Positions 47,374 to 55,925 of a DNA stretch of 64,000 nucleotides are shown one piece after another; the stretch's first letter is position 1, and the number at the start of each line of letters is the position of its first letter. The DNA is taken from NCBI GenBank assembly GCA_903847405.1, contig CAINDP010000063.1, positions 41,620 to 105,619 of the forward strand, written 5' to 3'. Origin of the DNA: an uncultured Myxococcales bacterium (GTDB lineage Bacteria; Myxococcota_A; UBA9042; DTJE01). Below the pieces are notes generated by a model. The model saw only the letters and a list, made by a program, of their open reading frames with translations, did no database searches and was not told the DNA's origin. The translations under genes and the position numbers were made by a program.

Positions 47374-48009
47374 CTACTTGTGGCATTCCAGGCAACTGCT
47401 GCGGCGGCCGTTCTTTTCGTGGCACTCGGCGCAGGTGTCCATCCGCATCAGTTCGGTGGGCAGGATGGCCTTCCCCGCGGTGGAAGCCCCCCCGATGGCC
47501 CGGCTGTAGCCGCTGATGCGGTTGACCTGGAACGGGGGCAGTTCGTCGGAGCCGCCATGGTCCCCGTGGCACTCCTCGCAGGCGATCTTCGCGGTCTTGA
47601 CGTGCTGCACGTGGGAAAAATAGGCGTTCATCGGCTGGCGCGAATAGACCAGCCAGGGCACTTCCTTCCCCGGGGTGACGTACTCCTCGACCAGGCGCTT
47701 TTCGTCCGGGGTCGTCCCGATGGCCTCGCCGTGGCAGTCGGCGCAGACCTTGATGGACGGGATGCCCGCGAAGGACCCGTCCGGACGGAACGGGTGGCAG
47801 TCGTTGCACGTCAGCGCCGCGTCCTTCCCCTGGTGGACGAGGTGGCTGAACTTCAGCGGCTGTTCGGTGGACGAGTACATCAGCGGCGGGAAGAGGACCC
47901 ACCCGGCCCACAGAACGGCCAGCAGGCCGACCAGGAACAGGACCCTGCCCTTCTGCCTCCGGATGCCCAGAGCGAGGAGCCCCTTGAAGCGTCGCAACCG
48001 ATCGTTCAC
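47374..48009 (-). CDS. membrane-anchored pentaheme cytochrome c (QrcA/ActA-like)
   Basis: GTG start at 48009 with a GGAGGA RBS 5 nt upstream. N-terminal TM helix. Five CxxCH motifs (CNDCH, CADCH, CEECH, CAECH, CLECH). Ends 16 nt before the molybdopterin subunit. Confidence 0.8.
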   Translation of the reverse strand: MNDRLRRFKGLLALGIRRQKGRVLFLVGLLAVLWAGWVLFPPLMYSSTEQPLKFSHLVHQGKDAALTCNDCHPFRPDGSFAGIPSIKVCADCHGEAIGTTPDEKRLVEEYVTPGKEVPWLVYSRQPMNAYFSHVQHVKTAKIACEECHGDHGGSDELPPFQVNRISGYSRAIGGASTAGKAILPTELMRMDTCAECHEKNGRRSSCLECHK

Positions 48010-48057
48010 GGCATCCTCCGGACAGCCGGCCGGACGCTAGCACTCGCCCCCTGCGTC

Positions 48058-48090
48058 CACAAGGAAAACAAGGCCAAAACAAGGCCAAAG
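48058..48090 (-). promoter_or_regulatory. tandem direct repeats (caaggaaaa / caaggccaaaa / caaggccaaag) in a low-GC pocket 50-80 nt upstream of the cytochrome c start codon
   Basis: Perfect 11-nt tandem ACAAGGCCAAA x2 at 48068-48089, preceded by the degenerate copy ACAAGGAAA. Local GC is far below the window average. Confidence 0.35.
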
Positions 48091-48190
48091 ACCTTGGCAA
48101 TGACTGCTTTCGTCAGGATTCCCGGAAACCGCACCGGGATTGGGGGAAAGGCGTATTGCGGGCCGGAATTATCGGCGTTCTGGACCCAGG

Positions 48191-50425
48191 CTACTCCCCG
48201 CAGTCCACGCCGGGCCGCCACGCCAGGACCTGGCCCTTGCCGGCCTGGACGATGCCGTAGCGGCGGGCGTTCCAGTAGGGCTCGGACACGTCGCTGCCCG
48301 CGTACTGGCTGGTGCCGATCACGGCCGGGAAGGCCCCGATAAAGAAGGGGTTCCGCTGCCACAGAAAATCCGACCAGGGGCGCAGGTCCGGCGGCAGCGC
48401 CACGGTCATCTGCTGGAACACGCACTTGCCGCCGCCGATGTCGCACTGCCAGGGGTCGGGGGTCGCGCAGGCGAACGCGTCCATGCCCGGGCCCGGCAGC
48501 TTGATGCCCATGAAGTCGATTTCCGCCGTGCAGATGTCGATTTCCTTCTGGGTCGGGCAGGTGGGCACGGATCCGTCGGGGGCGTTGTCCGCCACGAACT
48601 GCGGGTCCAGCGGGTAGGCGCGCCGCGGGTCGTCCAGCACCAGCGTGCCGTCCTTGTACCCGTTGCCGCCCATGCGCTGCAGCAGCGCCAGCGCCTCGGT
48701 CAGGACCGCGCCCTTGTCCGTGGCCATCGCGTCCGGGACCGCCCCGGCGTACATGATTTCAAAGTCCATGTTCTTGTCCGGCTTGACCAGCTTGTCCCAC
48801 ATCTCTTCCTTGAAGCCGCGCTGCAGCAGTTCCTTCAGGGGGCTGTCGCCGATCAGGTGCAGGAACGCCCACCACGGTCCGTAGGTGATCTGGTTCCCGA
48901 AGTACGACTTGCAGTACTTCGGCAGGTCGAAGGCGCCAGCGGTCAACGCGACCCGGTCGGTCTGGAGGTTCCCGATCAGTTCGTCGTACAGGAAGCGCCT
49001 GTACTGGTCGTCGCCCGTGAAGTGGTAGGCCATGGTGGCCAGGTGCATCAGGTGCATCGCGTCGCCGCCGCGCATGCTGGGGAAGTAGAAGTGGTCCAGC
49101 CGGTTCTCCCCCTCGTCCTCGTTGTTCATGTCCATCAGGAATTCCAGCAGGTCCGCCAGGAAGGTGTCGGACGAGGCGTCGATGATGCGCCAGGGCACCA
49201 TCTGGACGGTGTCCGGGCACGTCAGGTCCAGCGAGCCGTCGTTGCCGACGTTCGACTGGCGCTGCACGTAGCCCACCACGCGGTCCAGTTTGGTCAGGTC
49301 CAGATCGCCCGGGTCCAGCTTCAGTTCGCCCGCCGAGAAGTAGGCCAGCAGGGCGTTCAGCAGGTCCGGGTTCTTCTGCAGGTTGATCAGTTCGACGCGC
49401 TGCAGGCGCTTGAGGTAGCAGGTCAGGTGCTTCGAGATGCGGCCCTTCAGTTCTTCGTCCTTCAGGAGGTCGTAGGCCATCGGCAACGACGTCATGGGCC
49501 CGGTGTACTGGTCGATCGACGGGCGGCCGTGGTACATGGGCCGGCCCTTCCAGATCGTGCCGTCGGGACCCGCGTACCCGTCGGTGTAGGCCTTCGGCAG
49601 GTACTTCAGCGCCGCGGGCGCGATGTCGCGATCGTGCGGCAGCAGCGTCGTGCTGCCGACCCGGCGGATGATGAGGTCGGCCGGCGTCGGCGCGTCGTCG
49701 GCCATCAGCAGGTAGTGGAAGCGGGTGAAGTAGCCGGGGATGCCGCTGACCTCGAACATCGTCAGGATGTCCCGCACGTCAGTCTCCATGCGGGCATGGT
49801 CGGCCTGGGTGCCGGTCTGGGAGTACCGCAGGACGGACGCGACCACGGACCAGCCGGTCCAGATGCCGCCGTCACCGGGGCTCCACCCGGCCAGGCGGTC
49901 CGGGGCGCCCCATTCGGATTCGGGCGTCCCCGGCAGCGTCGCGCCGGTGAATTCCCGATCGACGGCCTGGCCTTCGGGGGACTGGTACAGGTCGCGCCAG
50001 CGATCGAACAGGAAGGCGCGCCGCAGCAGGGGGTCCGGCGCGTCCACGAACGCCTGGGTGGCCGTGTCGTAGATGTCGCAGCGCTTCAGCGTGCCGCCCT
50101 CGCACTTTTCTTCCTGGTACACCGCGCAGGACACGACGGCCGAGTCCTTCAGCGGGTCCACGGGGGTCGCCAGCGGCGCCTGGGTGGGCAGCGCGGGAAG
50201 TTCCGGGGGCACGTCGACGTCGGTCGCGTAATCGTCAGGGGAGGTGTCGGGGAGGTCGTCCGCCGCGACGTCCGGCAGGTCGGCGGGCAGCGCGTCGCCC
50301 GGAAGGTCCGCGACGTCGGGGACGTCGGCGGGAACGTCACTCACGGAATCGGTGCCACCGCCGCAGGCGACGACGGACAGGACGATCGCCGCGGCGACCA
50401 GACGGGACAGGCTGCGCAGGGTCAT
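48191..50425 (-). CDS. large secreted lipoprotein, function unknown (744 aa)
   Basis: ATG at 50425 with a GGGAGGGA RBS. Lipobox VLSVVACGGG, then Asp/Pro/Val linker. No diagnostic catalytic motif recognised. Confidence 0.55.
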   Translation of the reverse strand: MTLRSLSRLVAAAIVLSVVACGGGTDSVSDVPADVPDVADLPGDALPADLPDVAADDLPDTSPDDYATDVDVPPELPALPTQAPLATPVDPLKDSAVVSCAVYQEEKCEGGTLKRCDIYDTATQAFVDAPDPLLRRAFLFDRWRDLYQSPEGQAVDREFTGATLPGTPESEWGAPDRLAGWSPGDGGIWTGWSVVASVLRYSQTGTQADHARMETDVRDILTMFEVSGIPGYFTRFHYLLMADDAPTPADLIIRRVGSTTLLPHDRDIAPAALKYLPKAYTDGYAGPDGTIWKGRPMYHGRPSIDQYTGPMTSLPMAYDLLKDEELKGRISKHLTCYLKRLQRVELINLQKNPDLLNALLAYFSAGELKLDPGDLDLTKLDRVVGYVQRQSNVGNDGSLDLTCPDTVQMVPWRIIDASSDTFLADLLEFLMDMNNEDEGENRLDHFYFPSMRGGDAMHLMHLATMAYHFTGDDQYRRFLYDELIGNLQTDRVALTAGAFDLPKYCKSYFGNQITYGPWWAFLHLIGDSPLKELLQRGFKEEMWDKLVKPDKNMDFEIMYAGAVPDAMATDKGAVLTEALALLQRMGGNGYKDGTLVLDDPRRAYPLDPQFVADNAPDGSVPTCPTQKEIDICTAEIDFMGIKLPGPGMDAFACATPDPWQCDIGGGKCVFQQMTVALPPDLRPWSDFLWQRNPFFIGAFPAVIGTSQYAGSDVSEPYWNARRYGIVQAGKGQVLAWRPGVDCGE

Positions 50426-50501
50426 GGATCCCTCCCGGTTTCGGACGGCGCATGGTAGCGCGAATCGAACGTGCGTGAAGGCGAAACTGGGTCCCCCGCC
50501 G

Positions 50502-52076
50502 CTACGCCTCCAGGCCATCCTCGCCGATGACGCGGTTGCGCCCGGTTCCCTTGGCCTGGTACATCCGCGCATCGGCCCCGCGGACGAAGTCGAACACGTC
50601 CTGCCCGGTCTTCCAGGAGGCGACCCCGATGCTGACGGCCAGGCACTCCCCCGTGGCGGGATCCGGGTCGGCGCACAGCGTCTTCCGCAGGCGCTCCATC
50701 ACGCCGAACGCCTCGCCGGGGCCCGTGTGGGTCAGCAGGATCAGGAACTCCTCGCCGCCGTAACGGCACACGACGTCGGTGGACCGCGTGCCGCGACGCA
50801 GGTGCTGCGCGACGTGCTTCAGGGCCCCGTCGCCACGCTCATGGCCGAACCGGTCGTTGATCTCCTTGAAGTGATCGATGTCCGCCATGGCGACCGACAG
50901 GGGCGTCCCGTAGCGGACCGTCCGCCGGACCTCGGCGGCCATCACCGCGTCCGCGTGCCGGCGGTTGTACAGGCCGGTCAGGGCGTCCGTCGTGGCCAGG
51001 ATCTCCAGTTCCCGCCGCTTGCGGGCCAGTTCCTCCTCGATGCGCTTTCGCGCCGTCACGTCGTGCAGGACCACCAGGCGTCCCAGGGAGTTCCCGTCCG
51101 CCCCCCGCAGCGGCAGCACCCGGACATCCAGGTCCCGGGGCGGCTCGCCCACGCGAATCTCGATGCGCCCCTCGGCCGGCGCGAACTCCATGAGCGTCCG
51201 GGACGTTTCCTCCAGCATCCTTCCGACGATCGTCCGCCCCGGGTTGCCCAGGAGGTGCTGCACGGCCGCGTTCGCCTCGACCACGCGATCCTTCGGATCC
51301 AGGACCAGCAACCCGTCCTCCAGGGCCTCGAAGATGCGCTCGTGGGCGATGGGCATCAGGTCGATCAACTGCAGGCGGACCACGGCGAAGGCCAGCAGCA
51401 GTCCGGCCCCGGTCATGGCCAGGGGCGTGAAGTCCACCGAGGGCAAGGGGCTCAGTCCGCTGATGTACAGCGCGCTGGCCAGCCAGGGCAGCGGCAGGCC
51501 CATCAGGACGGCCACGGCCTGGCTCCGGTGGATGCCCCGCAGGCGCAACGCCGCGCCCGCCAGGACGAAGGTGGCCACCAGCAGCGCCAGGTAGCTGTAA
51601 CCGATGATCACCCAGAACGCCGGGCCGTGGAGGTACACGATCATGTTGTCTTCGGCGGCGGGCTGGTACCCCGGCCACAGCCACCCGTGCCACTCGTTCG
51701 TCCAGGCGATCGCCAGGAACACTGCGGGCAGCAGGTAAATCGCCAGGCGGACCCCGCGGACCAGGACCCGCTGCAGGTCGGCGAAGCGCAGGGCGAACAG
51801 CAGGAACAGGGGGCTGCACGTCACGACGCCGACGTACGAGGCCTGGGACCAGAAGACCTTCGCGGGGATCCCGACCGACGCGGCTTCCAAAGCCGATGCG
51901 AAGCACCACCACGACGCCGAGGCCAGCAACCCCAGCAGCGGCCACCCGCCCGGCCCCTTCCGCCGCGGCCACAGACGGCGCACGACCTCCGCCCCCACCA
52001 GGCCGCTGAGGAAGTAGAGGACGGTGATGGTGGTGAAGCGGAACTCCACGTCCCGAACCCCCGCGATTCCCGGCAT
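50502..52076 (-). CDS. membrane diguanylate cyclase: N-terminal polytopic sensor, PAS and GGDEF
   Basis: ATG at 52076. About 7 TM helices. PAS block (ERIFEALEDGLLVLD). GGDEF active site RYGGEEF with an upstream RxxD I-site-like region. Confidence 0.8.
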   Translation of the reverse strand: MPGIAGVRDVEFRFTTITVLYFLSGLVGAEVVRRLWPRRKGPGGWPLLGLLASASWWCFASALEAASVGIPAKVFWSQASYVGVVTCSPLFLLFALRFADLQRVLVRGVRLAIYLLPAVFLAIAWTNEWHGWLWPGYQPAAEDNMIVYLHGPAFWVIIGYSYLALLVATFVLAGAALRLRGIHRSQAVAVLMGLPLPWLASALYISGLSPLPSVDFTPLAMTGAGLLLAFAVVRLQLIDLMPIAHERIFEALEDGLLVLDPKDRVVEANAAVQHLLGNPGRTIVGRMLEETSRTLMEFAPAEGRIEIRVGEPPRDLDVRVLPLRGADGNSLGRLVVLHDVTARKRIEEELARKRRELEILATTDALTGLYNRRHADAVMAAEVRRTVRYGTPLSVAMADIDHFKEINDRFGHERGDGALKHVAQHLRRGTRSTDVVCRYGGEEFLILLTHTGPGEAFGVMERLRKTLCADPDPATGECLAVSIGVASWKTGQDVFDFVRGADARMYQAKGTGRNRVIGEDGLEA

Positions 52077-52117
52077 GGTACGGGTGACGGGGCGCAATTG
52101 CCACGGAATACGGCGCC

Positions 52118-52636
52118 CTAGCCGATGTCCCCCCCGTCCTCGACGGCCTCGATTCCCACGACAGTCAAGGGCGTGTCGCCTGCCGGACGATGCAGAATCA
52201 CATCGTCGCCGACACGGGCGCCCAGGACGGCACGCGCCAGGGGGGCCACCCACGAAACGAGGTTCGCGGCTGCATCGGCCTCGTCTTCGCCCACCAGGGT
52301 GAACGCGCGGACGACACCGTCCTCGTCGGCGACCTTCACCCGCGCGCCGAACCGCACCTCGTCCGTCGTGCCGACCGCCGCACCCACCACGATCGCGGAA
52401 GCGATGCGCGCGTTCACGTACCGCAGGTCCCGGGCCACCGCGGCCAGCCGGGCATGCGCATCCAGGGACTCGCCGGCCGCCTTCAGGGCACCCTGCTCGT
52501 CGGCCAGGCGCGCCGCCTCGGCCTTCAGCAGGGCGAGGCCCCGGGGACGGACGTAGTTCGGGTGGGGGCTGATCGGCCGCTCGGGCACGTCACCCGGGTC
52601 ATCCCCGTCGGACTCGCGGACAAAGGCGCGGCTCAT
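52118..52636 (-). CDS. GreA/GreB-family protein (Rnk-like regulator, C-terminal FKBP-like Gre domain)
   Basis: ATG at 52636 with a GGGAGGAAC RBS. Coiled-coil N-terminus, then Gre C-domain-like VRFGARVKV ... GVVRAFTLVGEDEAD ... SWVAPLARAVLGARVGDDV. Confidence 0.6.
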   Translation of the reverse strand: MSRAFVRESDGDDPGDVPERPISPHPNYVRPRGLALLKAEAARLADEQGALKAAGESLDAHARLAAVARDLRYVNARIASAIVVGAAVGTTDEVRFGARVKVADEDGVVRAFTLVGEDEADAAANLVSWVAPLARAVLGARVGDDVILHRPAGDTPLTVVGIEAVEDGGDIG

Positions 52637-52760
52637 GGTTTCCAGTGTTCCTCCCGAGCGCGAAGGCGCAGGCGATGGGTTTCCGCAGGAAACTCTCGCC
52701 GCAGCCGAAGCCGACTCGGGATGATCCCGTGTTATCTGGGAACGACCGGCAGGCGGCTGG

Positions 52761-54041
52761 CTACCGCTTGACGGTGTCCCAATGGTAGCCGACGGTGAAG
52801 CTGAAGTCATGGATGACGCTGGTGTACGTACCTTCCAGGGGCGCGCCCTGGGCCAGCGTGACCGTGCGCTTGAGGCCGAAGACGGGCATGTAGGCGACGT
52901 CGAAGTAGAAGCCCGCCACCTGGGTGCCCAGGCTGATGCAGGGCATCACGCGCTCGGTGTCGGGCAGCGCCGGGTCGACGGACTTGTCGGGCACGGGATT
53001 CTGGTCCCACAGGAAGCCCAGGCGCAGGGACAGGTACTTGTCGATGATTTCCCAGTCCATGCCCACGCGCAACTGGATGGCGTCCTTGTAGTTCTTCTGC
53101 TCCTCCAGGACCATCTGCTTCGCCGCCGGCCCCAGGGCCAGGCCCTTGTCCAGTTCGAAGCGCAGGCGGTCGTAGGAGGACCACTGGACCCACTGGGCGT
53201 CCAGTTCCAGGGACAGGTTCTTTTTCGGCCAGAACCGGACGCCGCCCAGCACGACGTGCGGCAACTGGATGGACGCCTTGAAGTGCTGGTCCGGGAAGCG
53301 CGAGCCGAACGGCGAGGACACGTTGAAGTCCACGGTGCCGTTCGTCGCGGCGATCTTGATCCCCGACCGGTAGGACACGCCGAAACGGACCCAGTCCGCG
53401 GGCTGGTACATCACGCCGACGTTGGCGCCGTAGCCCCAGGCCGAGCCCTGGAGGTCCACGGTGTTCGGGACCGACGACTGGCCCGAAGGATTCTGCCCCA
53501 GGGCCAGGCCGCGCAGGATCCGGAAGGATCCGTGCATGGCGTTGAAGCCCACGCCGACCGCGAAGCCCTTGAACGGGCCGAACGAGATGTTCGGGTTGAT
53601 CGTGAAGGTTTCCATGCCCGATTCGATGGCGACGGTGCGGCCTTCCCAGTTGGAGGGCCACCGGACCTTCAGGCCGAAGTTGGTGAACTCGGACAGGCCC
53701 ACGGCCAGCCAGTCGTTCACCTTGTATGACGCGAAGAAGTGCGGGACGAAGATCGGCGCGGTCGTCGGGGCCGTCTTGACCCCGGCCGTGTTCTCGTAGC
53801 CGCCGACGAAGGTGTAGGTCGTCCCGCTGAACTCGACGAACCCGCCCTTCATGTACGAAAGGGCCGAGACGTTGTGGTACTGCGACGTCGGCCGCCCGTT
53901 GCCGGCGACCAGGGCCATGCCCTGCCCCAACCCGGACGCCGACATTTCCTGGATATAGAACCCGTTCGCACGTGCGGCGGGAGCCCCCAGCAGGAGGCCG
54001 GCCGCCGCCGCGATCCCGAGGATGAATGCCTGTTTCCTCAT
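52761..54041 (-). CDS. FadL/OmpP1/TodX-family outer membrane hydrophobic-compound transporter
   Basis: AAGGAG RBS. Signal peptide. N-terminal hatch motif NGFYIQEMSASGLGQGMAL. Beta-barrel aromatic pattern and C-terminal ...FTVGYHWDTV. Confidence 0.8.
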   Translation of the reverse strand: MRKQAFILGIAAAAGLLLGAPAARANGFYIQEMSASGLGQGMALVAGNGRPTSQYHNVSALSYMKGGFVEFSGTTYTFVGGYENTAGVKTAPTTAPIFVPHFFASYKVNDWLAVGLSEFTNFGLKVRWPSNWEGRTVAIESGMETFTINPNISFGPFKGFAVGVGFNAMHGSFRILRGLALGQNPSGQSSVPNTVDLQGSAWGYGANVGVMYQPADWVRFGVSYRSGIKIAATNGTVDFNVSSPFGSRFPDQHFKASIQLPHVVLGGVRFWPKKNLSLELDAQWVQWSSYDRLRFELDKGLALGPAAKQMVLEEQKNYKDAIQLRVGMDWEIIDKYLSLRLGFLWDQNPVPDKSVDPALPDTERVMPCISLGTQVAGFYFDVAYMPVFGLKRTVTLAQGAPLEGTYTSVIHDFSFTVGYHWDTVKR

Positions 54042-54056
54042 GGCGACGCTCCTTTC

Positions 54057-55772
54057 CTACTGCGCACACGCGCCGGTGGTGAATGTCCATACGAGGACGA
54101 GGTCCTCGCGCAGGGCGACGATGTTTCCGGGCTTGCCGTCGTTGCCCACGACCAGCCAGTCCATGTGCGGCTTGTAGATCTGCCGCATCGCCTCCAGGTA
54201 CGACAGGATCTGGACCACCGTGTCGCCCGCGGCCGCCAGGTCGGCAGGCGTGACGGGGTCGATGGTGCCGTTCAGGATCAGGGTGTCCAGGCGGCTGTCC
54301 AGGTACGGCGACTGCCAGACCAGCCCGTCGGCGGGCCCGCGATCGACCAGCGGGGTATCCACGAAGGTCACCGCGCCGGTCGTGGCGTCCACGTTCTTGT
54401 AGGCCGCCCGGGTCAGGCCGAAGTAGGTCTGGTCCACGGCCGTCCGCGTGCCGTCCAGGCTGGTCAGGCCGTTCGTCACGGCGACCACGTACAGGCTGTT
54501 GGCCTCCAGGTCGACCTTCGGGGTCGCGGTGACGGCCGCCTTCCCGTCGGCGTTCGTGGCGACCACGTCCTTCAATTCCACCGCGGTGTAGGCGCCGGCC
54601 ACGAACTTGAACAGCCGGACGGTGTCCTTGTTCGCGCTGGCGATGGCCACCGGCTTGTCCACCGTGAAGTCCAGCGTCGCGGTGCAAGGCGCGTCGGCCT
54701 TCACCAGGACGCCGGTGCTGTCCACCGCGTCGGAAGGCTGGGGCCGGACCGCGGCGCCGCCGAAGAAGGCCGCGATCGGGTCGAAGTAGTCGGGCATCGG
54801 GTTCGTGGCCGTGGTGAACGAGTAGGCCGTCACCACCTGGTCGCGGCTCCAGGCGCCCTGGACGCCGGGCAGCCCTTCCCAGATCTTCAGCGCCCAGTCG
54901 GTCAACTGGCGGCCGCCCTCCAGGGACTGCGCCGCGGCCAGGCCTGTCACGACGCCGCTGCGCGCGCCGCCGTCGGTGCCGATGTAGGTCGTGCCGATGT
55001 CCGGGAACAGCGTCGGGGCCGCGAACAGCAGGAACACGCCGTCGGCCTTGAACGGCTCGGACGGCTTCGCCGCGTCGGTGGCCAGGGCCTTGATGCCCTT
55101 GTCGGTCCATCCCGTCGCGACCACCAGGTAGGTGTGGCCGGGGGTGAAGTCCGCCGGCGGCGACAGCATCCCGGGGGCCGGCAGGCGCAGGCTGAGCGTG
55201 TACGGCATTTCCGTCCGCTGCTGCCAGTTGAAGATCCGGAGGTACGCGTCGGGGGCCAGGGCGACCGGGGCCGCCGGATCCGTCACGTCCACGAACCAGA
55301 AGTTCGCGTCGGCGGCGTTGGTCCCGTCATAGGGGTGCAGCGACGCCACGTCCAGCGGCCGGGAGAAGGGGATGGTCGGCGCGAACGAGGTCATGAACCC
55401 GTCCAGCCGGTTCTGCCCCGTCAGCAGGGCCTTGGACAGCGGCGAGTCCTCGTTGACCGGGTAGCCGAGGGTCTGCGCGGTCGCAGCAGCGGCCGCATCG
55501 ACGATCGGCAGCGCCATCGTGGTCGGCAGGGCCGTCGGCATCGGCATCCCGGGGAACCGCACGATGGACGCCTGCTTGACCGGGTTGAGGAAGTTGTTGG
55601 GCAGCGGGATCACCCCCCAGTCCGGGTTCACGATCGCGACAGGCTGGCTGGCGTAATCGTAGGGGGGGGACTCCTCCAGGTTCACGCTGGTGCATGCCGC
55701 GACCGTGATGCAGACACCCGTCAGCAGGGTGCGTGCGGCGATCGCTCGAATCAGGGTGCGTTGACCGTCCAT
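54057..55772 (-). CDS. secreted lipoprotein, function unknown (571 aa), co-oriented immediately upstream of the FadL gene
   Basis: ATG at 55772. Lipobox LLTGVCITVAAC. 15-nt gap to the FadL start. Candidate promoter TTGACG-N15-TCTAAT at about 55832-55806 (minus strand). Confidence 0.55.
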   Translation of the reverse strand: MDGQRTLIRAIAARTLLTGVCITVAACTSVNLEESPPYDYASQPVAIVNPDWGVIPLPNNFLNPVKQASIVRFPGMPMPTALPTTMALPIVDAAAAATAQTLGYPVNEDSPLSKALLTGQNRLDGFMTSFAPTIPFSRPLDVASLHPYDGTNAADANFWFVDVTDPAAPVALAPDAYLRIFNWQQRTEMPYTLSLRLPAPGMLSPPADFTPGHTYLVVATGWTDKGIKALATDAAKPSEPFKADGVFLLFAAPTLFPDIGTTYIGTDGGARSGVVTGLAAAQSLEGGRQLTDWALKIWEGLPGVQGAWSRDQVVTAYSFTTATNPMPDYFDPIAAFFGGAAVRPQPSDAVDSTGVLVKADAPCTATLDFTVDKPVAIASANKDTVRLFKFVAGAYTAVELKDVVATNADGKAAVTATPKVDLEANSLYVVAVTNGLTSLDGTRTAVDQTYFGLTRAAYKNVDATTGAVTFVDTPLVDRGPADGLVWQSPYLDSRLDTLILNGTIDPVTPADLAAAGDTVVQILSYLEAMRQIYKPHMDWLVVGNDGKPGNIVALREDLVLVWTFTTGACAQ

Positions 55773-55925
55773 GGACGTCGCGTCCTCCGTTGGAAGCCAA
55801 TCGTCATTAGACCGGTTGGCGGACTCCGTCAACTTCGTGTCAATTGCCGTGCCGTAGGGATTCTGACGCACGCGAGGGGGGACGGTCGTCCGGGGGCCGG
55901 TGGATCGCGGGGGGGCACGCCCGGA

